Origin: Camelus dromedarius
Taxonomy: Eukaryota
Direction of reading: 5' to 3'
Assembly (NCBI RefSeq): GCF_036321535.1
Contig: NC_087447.1
Span: 40,054,001-40,118,000, forward strand
DNA: 64,000 nucleotides
Shown: one piece after another, positions 11,399-23,195 of the stretch
How the letters are laid out: every line of letters starts with the position of its first letter
How positions within the stretch are numbered: the first letter of the stretch is position 1
Position numbers and translations under genes: made by a program
Notes under the pieces: generated by a model
Database searches by the model: none
Seen by the model: the letters and a program-made list of their open reading frames with translations, nothing else
Told to the model about the DNA's origin: nothing

Positions 11399-14340
11399 TA
11401 AATGTCCAAGTATTTTAAAAAATATCCATTTGATTTTTTTCCTTTGATCCATGAGAGTTTTTTATTTTTACTTTCCAAATATATGGTTTAAAAAATATCT
11501 TTTGGTTATTGATTTCTAAGTTACTACATTGTAGGGCAGAATGTGGTCTGTATAATATAGATTCTCTAAGATTTACTTTATGAACTCATATGGTCAATTT
11601 TTGTAAATCACCATGTAAACTTGAAAAGAATACCCATTAAATTAAAATTACTAATTACAATGTTCAAATTTATAGTGATGTTTTGTCTATTTGACTACCA
11701 TTATTTTGAGAGATGTACTAAAATCTCCTGCCATGATAGTAGACATTTTTCCCTGGTTTTATCATTTTTTGTATGATATATTTTGAGCCTGTTATAGTCA
11801 ATGCATATAACATTTAAAACTCATTCTTCTTGGTTGAGTTGATCATTTTAAAATTATGTAGTGACCCTGTTTGTTGCTATTCATGGTTTTGATATTAAAG
11901 GCTATTTTATCTGCTTTTAATATAATGACTCTAGCCTTATTTCGTTGGTATGTACTTGCCATCCTTTATTTGAAACCTTTCTGTTTATGTTTTATATGCG
12001 TCTGCTAAATAGCATATAATTGTTTTGTTCAACTTTCATTACTATTATTGACATAATTGGACTTGTTTCTACCATCTTTCTTTGTGCTTTTTATCTTTTT
12101 TTTTGAACACTTCCTAATTTCTATTTAGAATTGAGTTGGCAGTTTTGTTTGGTTTATTATTATTTTTTTAAATTTCTTCTCCCTCCCTTTGTTTCCTCCA
12201 GCTGATTTGGAAGTTATACACTTTGTTTCTATTCTTTCTATAATTACACTTAAAATTCAGATAGGTATCCTTCATACCCTAATAAAGTCTCAACGTAATA
12301 AACATCTTAGCCTCCTTTTAAACAACATAAGGACCCTGGAATACTTCACTTCTGACCACTCAACTCCAAGCTAATGTCCATTTTAGTCCAGTATATAGTC
12401 TATTTAGTTCTATCTTTTTAAAAAGCTGTTTTATACTGATAATGTTTATTTGTTTTACTTACAGGTTTATTACTTTTTGCATTCACTATTTCTTCTTGAA
12501 TATTTCAGATTATCCTTTTTTATCTTTTTCTTTCACTTAAAGTATATTTGCTAGAATTTTGTTTGTAGATAGTTAAATCTTTCATTAACTGAATATTTCT
12601 TTATTGTGTACTTGCTTTTGAAATATATTTTTCTGGGTATACCATTCTAGCTTGAAGATTTTTTTCAGCCTTTTGAAATTATTATTTCACTGTCTTCTAA
12701 CACCTACTCTTGCTGTTGAGAAGAGAGCTGTCAGTAAAAATTTTGTTTTTTTTAAGTGACTTGTTTTTTCTCTTTATCCCCTTCAAGGTTATCTATCTTT
12801 GGTGTCCTACATTTTCACCCCATTGTGCCTAGGTAAGTGTGAATTTATTTTAAATTTATCCTGATTTCTGTATCTCCCTGTATCTGTAGATTCATATATT
12901 TCATCCACTTTGGAAAAATAGAGCTAATGATCATATATCATGCATTTGGTGTCAGACTCTGTTCTAAATGCTTTGCTTAGTACCTCCGTCATTATCTCTT
13001 CAAATAATACCCAATCTTAATTTTCTCTATTCTCTCCTTCTGGGACTTAAACTAAATATATATCAGAACTTCTCATTCTGTCTTCTACATCTACAAGCTA
13101 CTCTTTTTTGTTTTCTATCTCCTTCTATTTATGTGCTGCATTCTAGTTAATTTCTTGAGACACATTGTCCAATTCACTAATTGTCTCTTCTGCTGTATCT
13201 AAGCTACTGTTTAGTGCATTCACTGAGTGTTTAGTTTCAATGAATATATTTTCAATTCTAAACTATTTAATTTTTTTTTTAAATCCCTGGTATACATCTA
13301 TCAAAATTTATCAAATTGTATATCTCAAATATGTGTAGTTTACTGTACAGGAACCATGCCACAATAAAGGTGTTTTTTTTTTTTTAAATTAGAAAAGATA
13401 ACAGGGTTAAGTATATAATATTATAACTGAAAACATCCCTGATCATTTTCCTCTTAACTTTTTATTTGGAAAAATTTAAGCCTAAAGTATTCAGAATTAT
13501 ATTTAGTTTTATTTATTTAGTCTCTTTTCATCTAAAACAGTCTCCTAGTTCCCCCCTACCACTCCCTTTTTGTTGTTTTATGGCATTGACATTTGTCAGT
13601 TGTTTTGCAGATTGTCTCTCAATTTGAATTTGTCCGATTATATTTTTACGGTTAAACTCAGGTTAAGCATTTCTGGCTGAGATGCTGCATAGGTGAAGAT
13701 GTGTCTTTCTTTCTACATCACAGCAGGAAGCTCATGATGATACTTTGATTACAGTTAGGATTGGTTAAGTTTAACGTGGTATAGTCTGTTCACTTTTATT
13801 TTTCTGCTTGCTCATTTTGTATGTAATCTATTTCTTTAAATGTTTTATACAGAGACATAGTATATTCTGTATTTGATAATTAATATAGTTTGTGGCCATT
13901 TAAATTTGTTGATTTTACTGACTCTCATTCTTGGTGGCTCACTTCCTTGTGTTTTGGGTGATTTAAAAAATTACTATAAGCTCATATTTTATTGAACTTA
14001 GACTATCTGAATCCTGAGAGCCTAAACCAAGACATGGTTTCTTTCATAGAGGATCTATAGTTGGTTTTGGGGGCACTAGAGATCTGATTTAATGTGAGAC
14101 TCTCAAGGCTAGCTAGTTCCCCTACTTTTTGTTTGAACCAAGACTTAGATTCCAAAACCACCGATATTTATTCCAAGGCAAGCCTGGATTTCTGTTTTTG
14201 TGTTTGCTTCCTTCCTGGAACAAGTAGGTTTCAACATAGCTTTTTTTCACCCTCCTTTTTCTTGGCGCTAAGGATTTCTCTCACTTAAGAGCCTAGCAAT
14301 GTTTTCAAAAGTATCTTATTGTAGTGAATGGACTTTTATA
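8770..14340 (-). mobile_element. Old, degraded L1 (L1M/L1ME-like), multi-fragment, with nested younger pieces
   Basis: T-rich antisense L1 motifs from 3'UTR/ORF2 to ORF1 (gctgctatgaacattcttg, aatgttgaatagaag, cttgctgttgagaag); no intact ORF. Confidence 0.8.
10280..10800 (+). mobile_element. Younger L1 3' end (end of ORF2 plus 3'UTR) nested in the older antisense L1
   Basis: ORF 10411-10638 KKMWYICIMEYYSAMKKNEILPF...WMDLEGTVLSEISQ is the L1 ORF2 C-terminus. Confidence 0.9.
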
Positions 14341-15502
14341 GTGTCTACTCCTCCATTCTGCTGCTCCATACTTCTTAGGAACCGCACTCTATATTCTTGG
14401 CTGAGGTGGCCACTTGGGTATTTATTTTAAGATATTTTTTCAGGTAAAATCATTGTGACAGTGTTTTTTAAAACAGAGGGTTGCAAAATTAATTTTATGG
14501 GTCATAACAGGCACTAAAACTGAGCTAGAACAGACAGTATCAGTCTTTTATATGCAGCAAAATTTGCTATTATTTCTGAAAACACTTTATTCAATTATAT
14601 ATTTATGTGTACTAACTTGTGACGTAAAATGCATTTCTTGCTGCTGTCATGGGAATTCTTGTGTGTAAAGCAATTGTCTAAGGCATGTAACTCTGAAGCC
14701 TCAATGGCCCCAGAATCTATGCAATGGAGAGGACCCAAGGTTTCTTCAGGAAGAGAATTTTAGCCTCACCCTCACTGGGCCTATCTCTGTTATAAGGCCA
14801 CTGCCCTACCAGGGGGCTACTGAGACTGGAAACAGAGATGAATACATAATGAACGGATTATTAACATTTGTTGAATGAGGTAGTTTGCCACAGACCTCAA
14901 GTATCCCTTTGTGTCTTTGTTAAATATGCCGAAAAGCAAGGCCTAACCATCCTGTGATCCTGAGCCACTGCTGCAATCAGCCAGGGAGATTACTTGCTTC
15001 CTGGGAAAGGGGGCTGGCTTGTTCCTTGCACTGAGGTTCTCTGGTGCTGCACAATCCACTTTGTGCACAGCTGCCATCTGGGCCTATCAGGTCACACCAC
15101 AGCACTTAGATACAGGGCAACATGTTTCAAGTAGCTCTTCCTGCTGTTTGCTGTGCTGAGAGTAAAAGCTCCCAGGCTCTGATGCCCTGAATCTCACTGT
15201 TTACTTTCAGCATGTGGAGTGTAGCAAACCCATCCAAGTTCCTGGATTGCTTAGCCCCCAACTTCGGAGTCTTGTTACTCCCGGCCACTGTCTATAAATG
15301 GCATCAGGACTCAGACTCGGGAGTGTCTGATTCTAAAATCTGTGTTCTTTTCAGGACACCTCACTGGCACGTTATCCAGGAAATTATTATTCCTTCTGCT
15401 CCTCAGAAGGAGTCAAGATAAAAACCACAGAGTGTAAGCTAAACTACTTCCCTCTTCCTGGCTAGGATTTATTGCAGTTTCTCTTGTCATCATGTGTGCT
15501 CC

Positions 15503-15520
15503 TGCTGCCACCTGCTGGCA
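15503..15520 (-). promoter_or_regulatory. Candidate CTCF site
   Basis: Minus strand TGCCAGCAGGTGGCAGCA matches the CTCF core CCASYAGRKGGCRS. Confidence 0.55.
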
Positions 15521-15587
15521 TCCTCACACATCCTAAAATTTCTTTGTAAACCCCTTATCTATGTGAAGAAGCAGCCATCTGGTTATT

Positions 15588-15629
15588 AAAAAAAAAAAAA
15601 AAAAAAAAAAGCAGCAGCAGCAGCAGCAG
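15588..15629 (+). repeat. A23 followed by (GCA)6 compound microsatellite
   Basis: Read directly from the sequence. Confidence 0.95.
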
Positions 15630-17119
15630 AAGGAAGCTCAATGGAGGCAACCAGCTGGTAAACCTTCCCCAACGTTGGTAAACGTATAAGAGAGGAGTGA
15701 TTCCCATACACTCCCCTGGGCACTAATGTCTTCTCCCTCAAAGCCAATCTCAGTTCTCATCAGATTTTACCTGTCTTCAGGTATTGAAGAAAGCACAGAT
15801 CCCATTATCAACACCATCCAAACTTGAATGGTGGTCTCTTGCTAAACCAAGGAATTCCATGGCCCTGGCACTAATCCTGACTACCACGTTGACAACTAAC
15901 AAACCAGCAGGTCTTCTTGCTTGACCAAGAAGAGTCTACATGGCTGTGAAAATCAACTTGACTTCCTCACAGAGGGCAATCAGGCTGCTGCACATTGTGG
16001 TCCTTTACCCTGGGTGGCTAGGACCATCTAGAGAATCTACTGCCCTTGTCAAGGACATCCATCTCCCTCATACATACACACACACACACTACAGAACATA
16101 ATGACTTGTCATCTGGGGTGGATTGCGGGATTTTTATTTTTCTTTGTTTCCTTTGCCTTGAAAAATGGGGAAAAACCCTTCCTGGGGGTGGGGGAGCTTA
16201 TTTCTGACTGTTGGAAAAAAAGAAAGCAGGAATTGTTGTCACGACAATTAGGAGCTCATCAAAGCCTCATTTTGCTCATCAGCCATCATTGCCCTCCGTC
16301 CTGCACCCCCGCATGTTCCTCTAATTCAATGCCCGCCTAATGAATAACTCCGAGGAACAAAAGACCCTTTCAGGCTGGCGCACATCATTATCAGAGGAGA
16401 CTTGCATAACTGTCGCAGACGACTCGTGTTTTCAGGCCTGTCTCTAAATTTGGTTATTCACAACCTTTATAGCTCAATATTATTGCCTAACTGTGATCAT
16501 TTTCTAATTATCCTAATAATACCTATTAAATAATTCCCATTAAATCACTTGAACCAGAGCAGCCCAGGCCAGCTCAAATACAACGTAACCTAATAAGCAT
16601 TGGTCATTCATTAAGCACCAGGGCAATCTCTTAAAGGGGCTGAGTAGAATATTAAACTGCAAAGGAATATTATTATTGCACAAATGTTATTACAAGTTAG
16701 AGTGTATTAATTTCGATGCCTGGCTTGCAAATCTTCTGTTTGGTTTCCTTTGGGGCCGCTGTCTGTGACTTGACTCTCTCAGTCTCCTGCTCCTTGTTGA
16801 TCTGCATCTGTCACCCGCACAAGGACAATCAAGGAGAAAAAGGCCCATACACTTAACAGGGGAATTAAATTACCAAGGATATAAAGGGAATGAACAGAAT
16901 CCATCTTCTGGCCAGGCGAATACACCTTTGAAAACATCAGAAGCTGGCCAGTTTCTTTAGCTGTTAAGTCAAAATAGCCTTTCTTTACAGTGAGGGTAAG
17001 GAAGATTTTTAAAAGTTCTAAAAATTTGGCTTCTAGACTTTGAATTTCAACAGCAAATTTCAGAGACTAATTCTTTAAAACATGTGTGTAGATATTTAAT
17101 AATACTTTGTGAAATAATA

Positions 17120-17350
17120 TCAGGTAGCCATTTATTGAAGGCCTACAATGTGATGGGTACTCTTGGGTGACACTTGGCCCACTGATACCCCTAATTTTAA
17201 AAATGACCTGGGAATATGAGGATTATTAGCTCTATTTTTCACATAAGGAATCTGAGGCCAGAGAGGTTAGGTGATTCTCCCAAGCCACACAGCCGAAATG
17301 CAATGGAACAGAAGTTGAACACAGGGTTCTTTGATGCTTATAATTTTATT
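17120..17350 (-). mobile_element. MIR SINE
   Basis: catttattgaaggcctac...ggaatctgaggccagagaggttaggtgattctcccaagccacacagc. Confidence 0.8.
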
Positions 17351-19272
17351 CATCCTACAGTGCCTCCCCAGCAAACGGAAACATGCCCTAGCTTTGCTGG
17401 TTTATTTTTTCCATTTCTAAGGCTCTCACTGAAATCAGTGGATTCCTAAAGAAAAGTGCCAGAGCCTTTCTGATTGGGAACATGACCAAACATTTCATTG
17501 TATTGAAAGTCCTGACAGCAGCTGTAGAGGCCAGCAGTGACTCTCACTCCAAGTAGCAAGAAACAGTTACTGTTTTTGTCAAGAACCTACTTCTGATGGG
17601 TGGATTTGGCTTCTCTGCAAGGAAATGCACAAAGTATTGCAGTAAGAAAGGGAACAAACTTTATTAACCATCTACCCGGTGCCAGGCACTGTGCTAGGGC
17701 TTCCTTATAAACTGTTTCAATCAATCCTCACCCCAAATCCAAGAAGCGGGGATGATTGTCATTCCCACTTAACAAACACAGAAACTGAGGCGCAGAGGGA
17801 TAAAGTCAGACTCCAAAGTTTCCAAAGAGACAATAACCACACAGCTACTGAAGCTGAAACCGCAGGACCTCTCACGTGGATGGGCCCTTGCAAGGCTTCT
17901 GGGAACAGCCCCACAGTTTTGCCTGCATGACTTTGTATGAGCTTCAGGTCTCACAAAATCTCGGTCTGCCCCCACTGGCACCATCAATCTCAGATAACTG
18001 AACTTTTAAGAGAACTGAGGCCCTAACCTTTCCCAATGTTGTTTAACAAGCAACATGTGTTTTCAGTGTCTGCTTCTCCCACTTTATATTCCAAAATACA
18101 GAGGCTAAAGGCATAACATGAGAAAACTAAAGAGACAATAACCTCACTAACTCCAATTCACTAACCACACTGCTACAGGACAAACAAAAAAAAAGCAAAC
18201 AAACAAACAAAACCATGTAGATATCTTTTAGTTTCATCCCTCATCTCAAAACCCTTCGCTGACTCCTCATTCGTTAAGGCATTTCACGTCTTTTCACGTT
18301 TGGCCTTTGCAGGTGCTGTTCCTTCTGCCAGAACAATCTCCTTACCTCCCTCGTTCCCTCCTGCTCCTCCTCCGGTTCTCATCTTAGTAGATGACTACTT
18401 CCAGGTGATTAACTGGACCACCCCCGCCGCAAACCCTCCCCATCAAGATCAGTTAGGAAGCTGGTGATTCTGCCCTCATTCCACCCTGATGTTTGTTCCC
18501 ACCATGGCACTCATCCTCCTGGACTGTGGTTTATTTATTTACATGTCTGTGTTCCACAACGGACCATAAACTTCTCAAAGGCAGAAAATGCCACGCTCCT
18601 CGTTATAGACCCACTGTCTCCATGTCTAACACGTGGCAGGTCTTCACCAGATGAATTCTGCTTGCATCTAAGAATCTGAAGCGGTCAGTGGATAGTTAGC
18701 ATTTATTGCTTTACCTTATGCAAGGCAACATGCTACTTTCACATATACCTGATGCAATCATCTTTAATTTTTATTATTCCTATCTTACAGAGCTGCAATT
18801 TTATTTCAGCTCTCTACATAGGGAACCACCATTATCCACATATTAGAGGAGAAAACAAAAGTTCACAAAGGTTGAGAACGTGATTGGCCCAAGGCCATAT
18901 GGCTGGTGAAGGGAGAAACAAGGAGTCTGACTCCAAGTCCAGGTTTTGAATCACTACCAACATTGCTTGGTTGTTTCAACTGTTTCTCCTGAATTTACCT
19001 TAACCCCTGAATTTCAAAGAACACTCACACTAGCAGAAGAGAGACTGGGCAGACTAGAAACCCAAGCCCTACAGGCTGACCCTGGAATTTCAAATGAGCG
19101 ACCAGTTTGATTTTGAAAGTGTGAAGCAGTTGTGGATTGAGCACCGCAGGTCCGCGTTGAAAGTTCCACAGCAGGTGACAAGGTCTTGATGTCTTGCCCA
19201 GGTGCCACTGATCTCGGACCACAGACACGGACCCAAGCCTGCTGCTCCGGATCTGCCGGTGGGGATGCCTAC

Positions 19273-19366
19273 CTGCTTCTCCTCTCAGCGCCTTCTCCAG
19301 CCTCACGCCCTGGATCTCGGAAGCCCTCTGCCGCTCCTCCACCTCCTCCAGCTGCCTCTGGATGGC
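19273..19366 (-). CDS. MICAL2: MICAL2/MICALCL exon, 94 nt, [31 protein letters not shown] (bMERB/DUF3585 helix 1)
   Basis: Acceptor cctggcattgcag|GCCAT and donor GCAG|gtaggc; phase 0 to 1; canonical bMERB signature. Confidence 0.96.
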
Positions 19367-20699
19367 CTGCAATGCCAGGACCATATGTCACACGGGGACT
19401 CTCAATGTGCAGAGTCACAGAAGGGGCCAATTCTGCCACTTGCTTTCCAAGATGAAGAAGCCCTTTCCCTTGTGATGCCACCACCTCCTTCGCTAACTGG
19501 GTAAGAACCTCTGGATTCCCAAAACAACTAGAACTTGACATCTCCTGTCTTTACTATGAAGACATAAAGCAAGGGTCTGTGTGTAAGCTCAGTCTGCCCC
19601 CAAGGAGACGTTAAAACAGTTCCCTTTTGACCAGGCGAATGAATTAGTCAGAGGCTGCTTGGCAGAGCGGGCGGGTGGCCCTCATGGCTCCTGGCCTCGG
19701 AGCCTCAGCCTCTGACTGTGGTCATGGCTTAGCTGCTGGAGCTGCAGCCACTACTCAGAGTAGGACAGGATCTCCCAGGACAAACACACTTTCCGAAGAA
19801 GAACCAGCAGACACCACTCAGGAAGTTGGTCTGGAGCCGGAGACCCCGGGCCAGCTGCTGGGGCTGGGTGTTCCTCTCGGTTTGTCCTGCTCCTGTCTTC
19901 AGCTACACACTGGCAACCTATTCTTTCATGGCACCGCAGGGCCTTTTACTGACTATGGAAGTGTATGATGGCTTTGTTACTAGCGGGTTATCACGACAAG
20001 ACAGAAGGCATTTATCCCATTAAGGCACATAATCCTTAGACTAACCATAGGCACCTATCAAGGCTTGGGGTCATGACATCTTTACTTTCCCTACTAGGCA
20101 TTTCTCTCTTGTGTGTATTAGGAAGGAAAATTAAGAGAAAGCCTTTCCCAAATACATTCTGTTCATCCCCATCAATTTTCTCTGCTATCAAACACATGCT
20201 GCCAAAAGGCACATCTCTTGGCAGAACCCATGCTGCACCTGGCAGCCCAGGTACGTTCAAGGAAGTGGCAGCTGTTTGGGCAGGTGGAATGTGTGTGTTC
20301 TTCCTCCTCTGCCTTCCTCTAGCTCTGTCTCATTCCCCTTCCTCCTTAACTCCAAACCTTTCTGAGTCTCCCCTGGGTTCAGAGCACAATGCCTGAGGAA
20401 CCTCCAAACCCATGAAGAGGTAATGGGGGCGGGGCAGGGGAGTTGGGGGAAGGACTGAGCAGCCGTTGGCTTCTTGTCTCAGCTGAGAGTGTTTAAGCCC
20501 CAAACAGAAAATCTGAAATAGATGGGAATTCTCTCTAATACCACTTGTAATTTCATGCTCTCTTCCTCTCGGTCTCTCTTTTAAAGACAATTATATCTTT
20601 ATAGATCTGTCTCTTACTGGCATAGTTTAGAATGGCTAAAGGAAGGGTAACAGTTCAATGTTTTTATTACTCACTATGTTGCAATTATGGCTGTATAAT

Positions 20700-21095
20700 T
20701 GTTAGGGACTGAGTAGTGCCGCCCGCCCCATTCATATGCTGAATCCCAAAAGTGACTGTATTTGGAGTGAGTCTTTAAGGAGGTAAATAAGGTTAAATGA
20801 GGCCATAACAGTCAGCCCTAATCCAATAGGACTGATGTCCTTATAAGAAGAGGAAATGATACCAGAGCTTTCTCTCTCTCTCTTTCTTGTTCTGTACGTG
20901 CACAGAAAAAGGCCACGTGAGGACACAGCGAGAAGGCAGCCATACAAGCCAGGAAGAGAGTCCCCACCAGAAATCAACCCTGAAGTCACCTTGACCTTGG
21001 ACTTCCAGCCTCCAGAGCTGCGAGAGGACACATTTCTGTCGTGTAAGCCACCCCGGCTGTGGGATGTTGTTATGACTGCCCGAGCAGACTGATAG
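20700..21095 (+). mobile_element. MaLR solo LTR (MLT1A/B-like)
   Basis: gtgactgtatttggag...ggttaaatgagg...ccctaatccaataggactgatgtccttataagaagagg...ttggacttccagcctccaga. Confidence 0.9.
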
Positions 21096-22117
21096 AGTCA
21101 ACATCCTTTAGAAACTAAGGAAGCAAATCTCAAACATTAAAAAAGGCTTCTAGGCGTGCTAGCAGCTTAGGACTCCAAAGGCCATCGTAATTCTTCTGTT
21201 ATCACTGCCAACTGTCTGGAGTGAGGCCATAAGGTGGGGGAATGGTTGAGTTTGTCAGTCTGTATCATAAAGACCTATCTTGTTCTCAGAAGGAAGAGAT
21301 GAAGATTTCAAGAAAGCCTGTTTTGGAAGCTGAGGGTGGACAGAGGGAGCTGATGGGAACTTCCCCTGCCCACTAGGTGAAAGGGTGGTTCCCGTGTCAG
21401 TCGTTGAGAAGAGTAAAGGAGGCTGGATTAAATGACTCCCCTCTTGTCAGAAACAACCTACAGGACCATATGGCCAGATAAAGCGATAACTGGGGGAAGG
21501 GATGTCAGGGTCCACTGGATTCACAGGAGCAGTCGTTTTAAGACCTTCTGTCCTAAAACCCAGCTGTTCTCCACGGCTAGGTGTGGGGGCCTCAGGGAGA
21601 GGGAGAGGGCCTTGACTTTCTGCCTCATTGTGCCTGTCTGTGACCCATCGGGCAGGAAACAATCAGGCCGGGAGATCGACAGTAGAATGCTAGCTGCTTA
21701 TATGCTCACCAACCTTGGAAGAGAGGCAGCCCCAGGAGTTGTCAGTTCAGCGAAGACACTGCCAGGAAGTCAGGGGAGGGTTGTGTTCTCACAGAGGACA
21801 AAACTAAGGCCAGTGCTACGTGACAGTCAGGGCCCAGGATGGTTCCCAAGGCCATGTGTTGGCTGTCATTCCAGCTCACTTTGCAGGACACACATCGGCA
21901 GATGGAAAGCCAGCTGGGAGTGGGCCAGCTCAACACCTGGGCTCTCCAGGCCCCAGAGCCGCACCAGGGACTGAACTGGGGCCCACAGAATAGCCACAAG
22001 CCACAACCTTTCCCCAGCCTGCCTCCCCCAGTGCAATGCAGATTTCCAAGGGGCTTCCAGATCCAGACTCCCAGGATCCCAGACCCAAATTCACTTATCT
22101 CAAGTGTGTTTTCTGAC

Positions 22118-22210
22118 CTGAGCTTTGTGAAGTCTTTTCAATTCTTCCTGCTTAACCAATTGTTTTGTGGCTTTTTCCAGCTTCCTTCTTCTTCTAAATG
22201 TCTTCCTCTC
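22118..22210 (-). CDS. MICAL2: MICAL2/MICALCL exon, 93 nt, [31 protein letters not shown] (lead-in to bMERB)
   Basis: Acceptor ctattggcttttgtag|GAGAG and donor CTCAG|gtcaga; phase 0 to 0; [12 protein letters not shown] is a MICAL-family motif. Confidence 0.95.
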
Positions 22211-22513
22211 CTACAAAAGCCAATAGAGAAGAATAAATAGGTCTGAGAAAAATGGGGTTGAAATTTAAAATATACTGTCACAGGCTTTTGCCCTCTCCAG
22301 CCCAGCCACTGCTGAACTTCTAGAATAACAATGTCCAAGAGAACTTCTGCAGTGATGGAAATGTTCTATATCTAGGCATAAGAAAGCTGCCCTTCCCCAC
22401 CTCACTCTGCTTATACAAATATATCTTTAACACCACTGGGTTCTCTGTGTGCCTGGGCTAGTGGAATATACAACATTCAAAATTGATGCATTTAAAATAG
22501 ATGTCTATAGAAA

Positions 22514-22683
22514 CTGACACACTATAAACTGACTGTACTCCAACAACAAAAAAGAAAGTGTTCAAGGCAAGAACACATTCATCTCAATACCAATCGTCAA
22601 TAAAACAACTATAAAATAAAATAAAATAAAATAAAATAAAATAAAATAAAATAAATAAAATAAATAAGATAAAATAAAATAAA
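22514..22683 (+). mobile_element. Very short L1 3' terminus with an extra 3' segment and (ATAAA)n tail
   Basis: ctgacacactataaactgactgtactcca is the L1 3' end; flanked by aaaatagatgtctatagaaa (22494) and aaagtagatgtctgtagaaa (22681). Confidence 0.75.
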
Positions 22684-22694
22684 GTAGATGTCTG

Positions 22695-22957
22695 TAGAAA
22701 ACAAACTTCTGGTTACCAGGGCGGGGAAAGGGGTGGGAAGGGATAAACTGGGAGTTCAAGATTTACAGATACTAACTACTATATATAAAATAGATAAACA
22801 CGTTTATACTGTATATCACAGGGAACTATATTCAATATCTTGTAGTAACCTATAATGAAAAATAATATGAAAATGAATATATGTATGACTGAAATTTTAT
22901 GCTGTACACCAGAAATTGACACAACATTGCAAGCTGACTATACTTCTACTAAAAAAA
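22695..22957 (+). mobile_element. Young (camelid-type) L1 3'UTR fragment
   Basis: tagaaaacaaactt...ggttaccaggg...cagggaactatattcaatatcttgtag...gctgtacaccagaaattgacacaacattg; same family as the copies at 45998 and 56870. Confidence 0.9.
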
Positions 22958-23139
22958 TTAATAACTCTGAAAAGGTTAAAAAAAAAAAAAAAGACTGCAT
23001 CCCTGTGGGGTGTGGCCCCACACAAGGTGCCTAAGACTGAGGGGGCTATGAGAAGGGGAGGGTGTATGCAAGGGAGGGGTCCCAGATGTTAAGGATTAAA
23101 ATTATAAATGTGAGGAGAACCAGCACCCTTACAAGTTGA

Positions 23140-23195
23140 TTTTTTTTTAATTGAAGTGTAGTCTGTTTACAATGTTGTATCAATTTCTGGTGTAC
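23140..23195 (-). mobile_element. ~55-bp L1 3' terminus with its own degenerate TSD
   Basis: attgaagtgtagtctgtttacaatgttgtatcaatttctggtgtac, flanked by acaagttgatttt (23131) and acaagctgaatttt (23196). Confidence 0.8.

Noticed and set aside
15611..15629. (GCA)6 as a coding poly-Gln/Ala tract
   Set aside because: Intronic, directly follows an A23 run, and has no exon context.
21432..21974. 180-aa plus-strand ORF
   Set aside because: No recognisable homology or splice context; expected by chance in GC-rich intron.
22611..22683. (ATAAA)n array and the thrice-repeated 14-20-mer as a CRISPR-like repeat-spacer structure
   Set aside because: Eukaryotic context and irregular spacing; fully explained by poly-A tail decay and target-site duplications.
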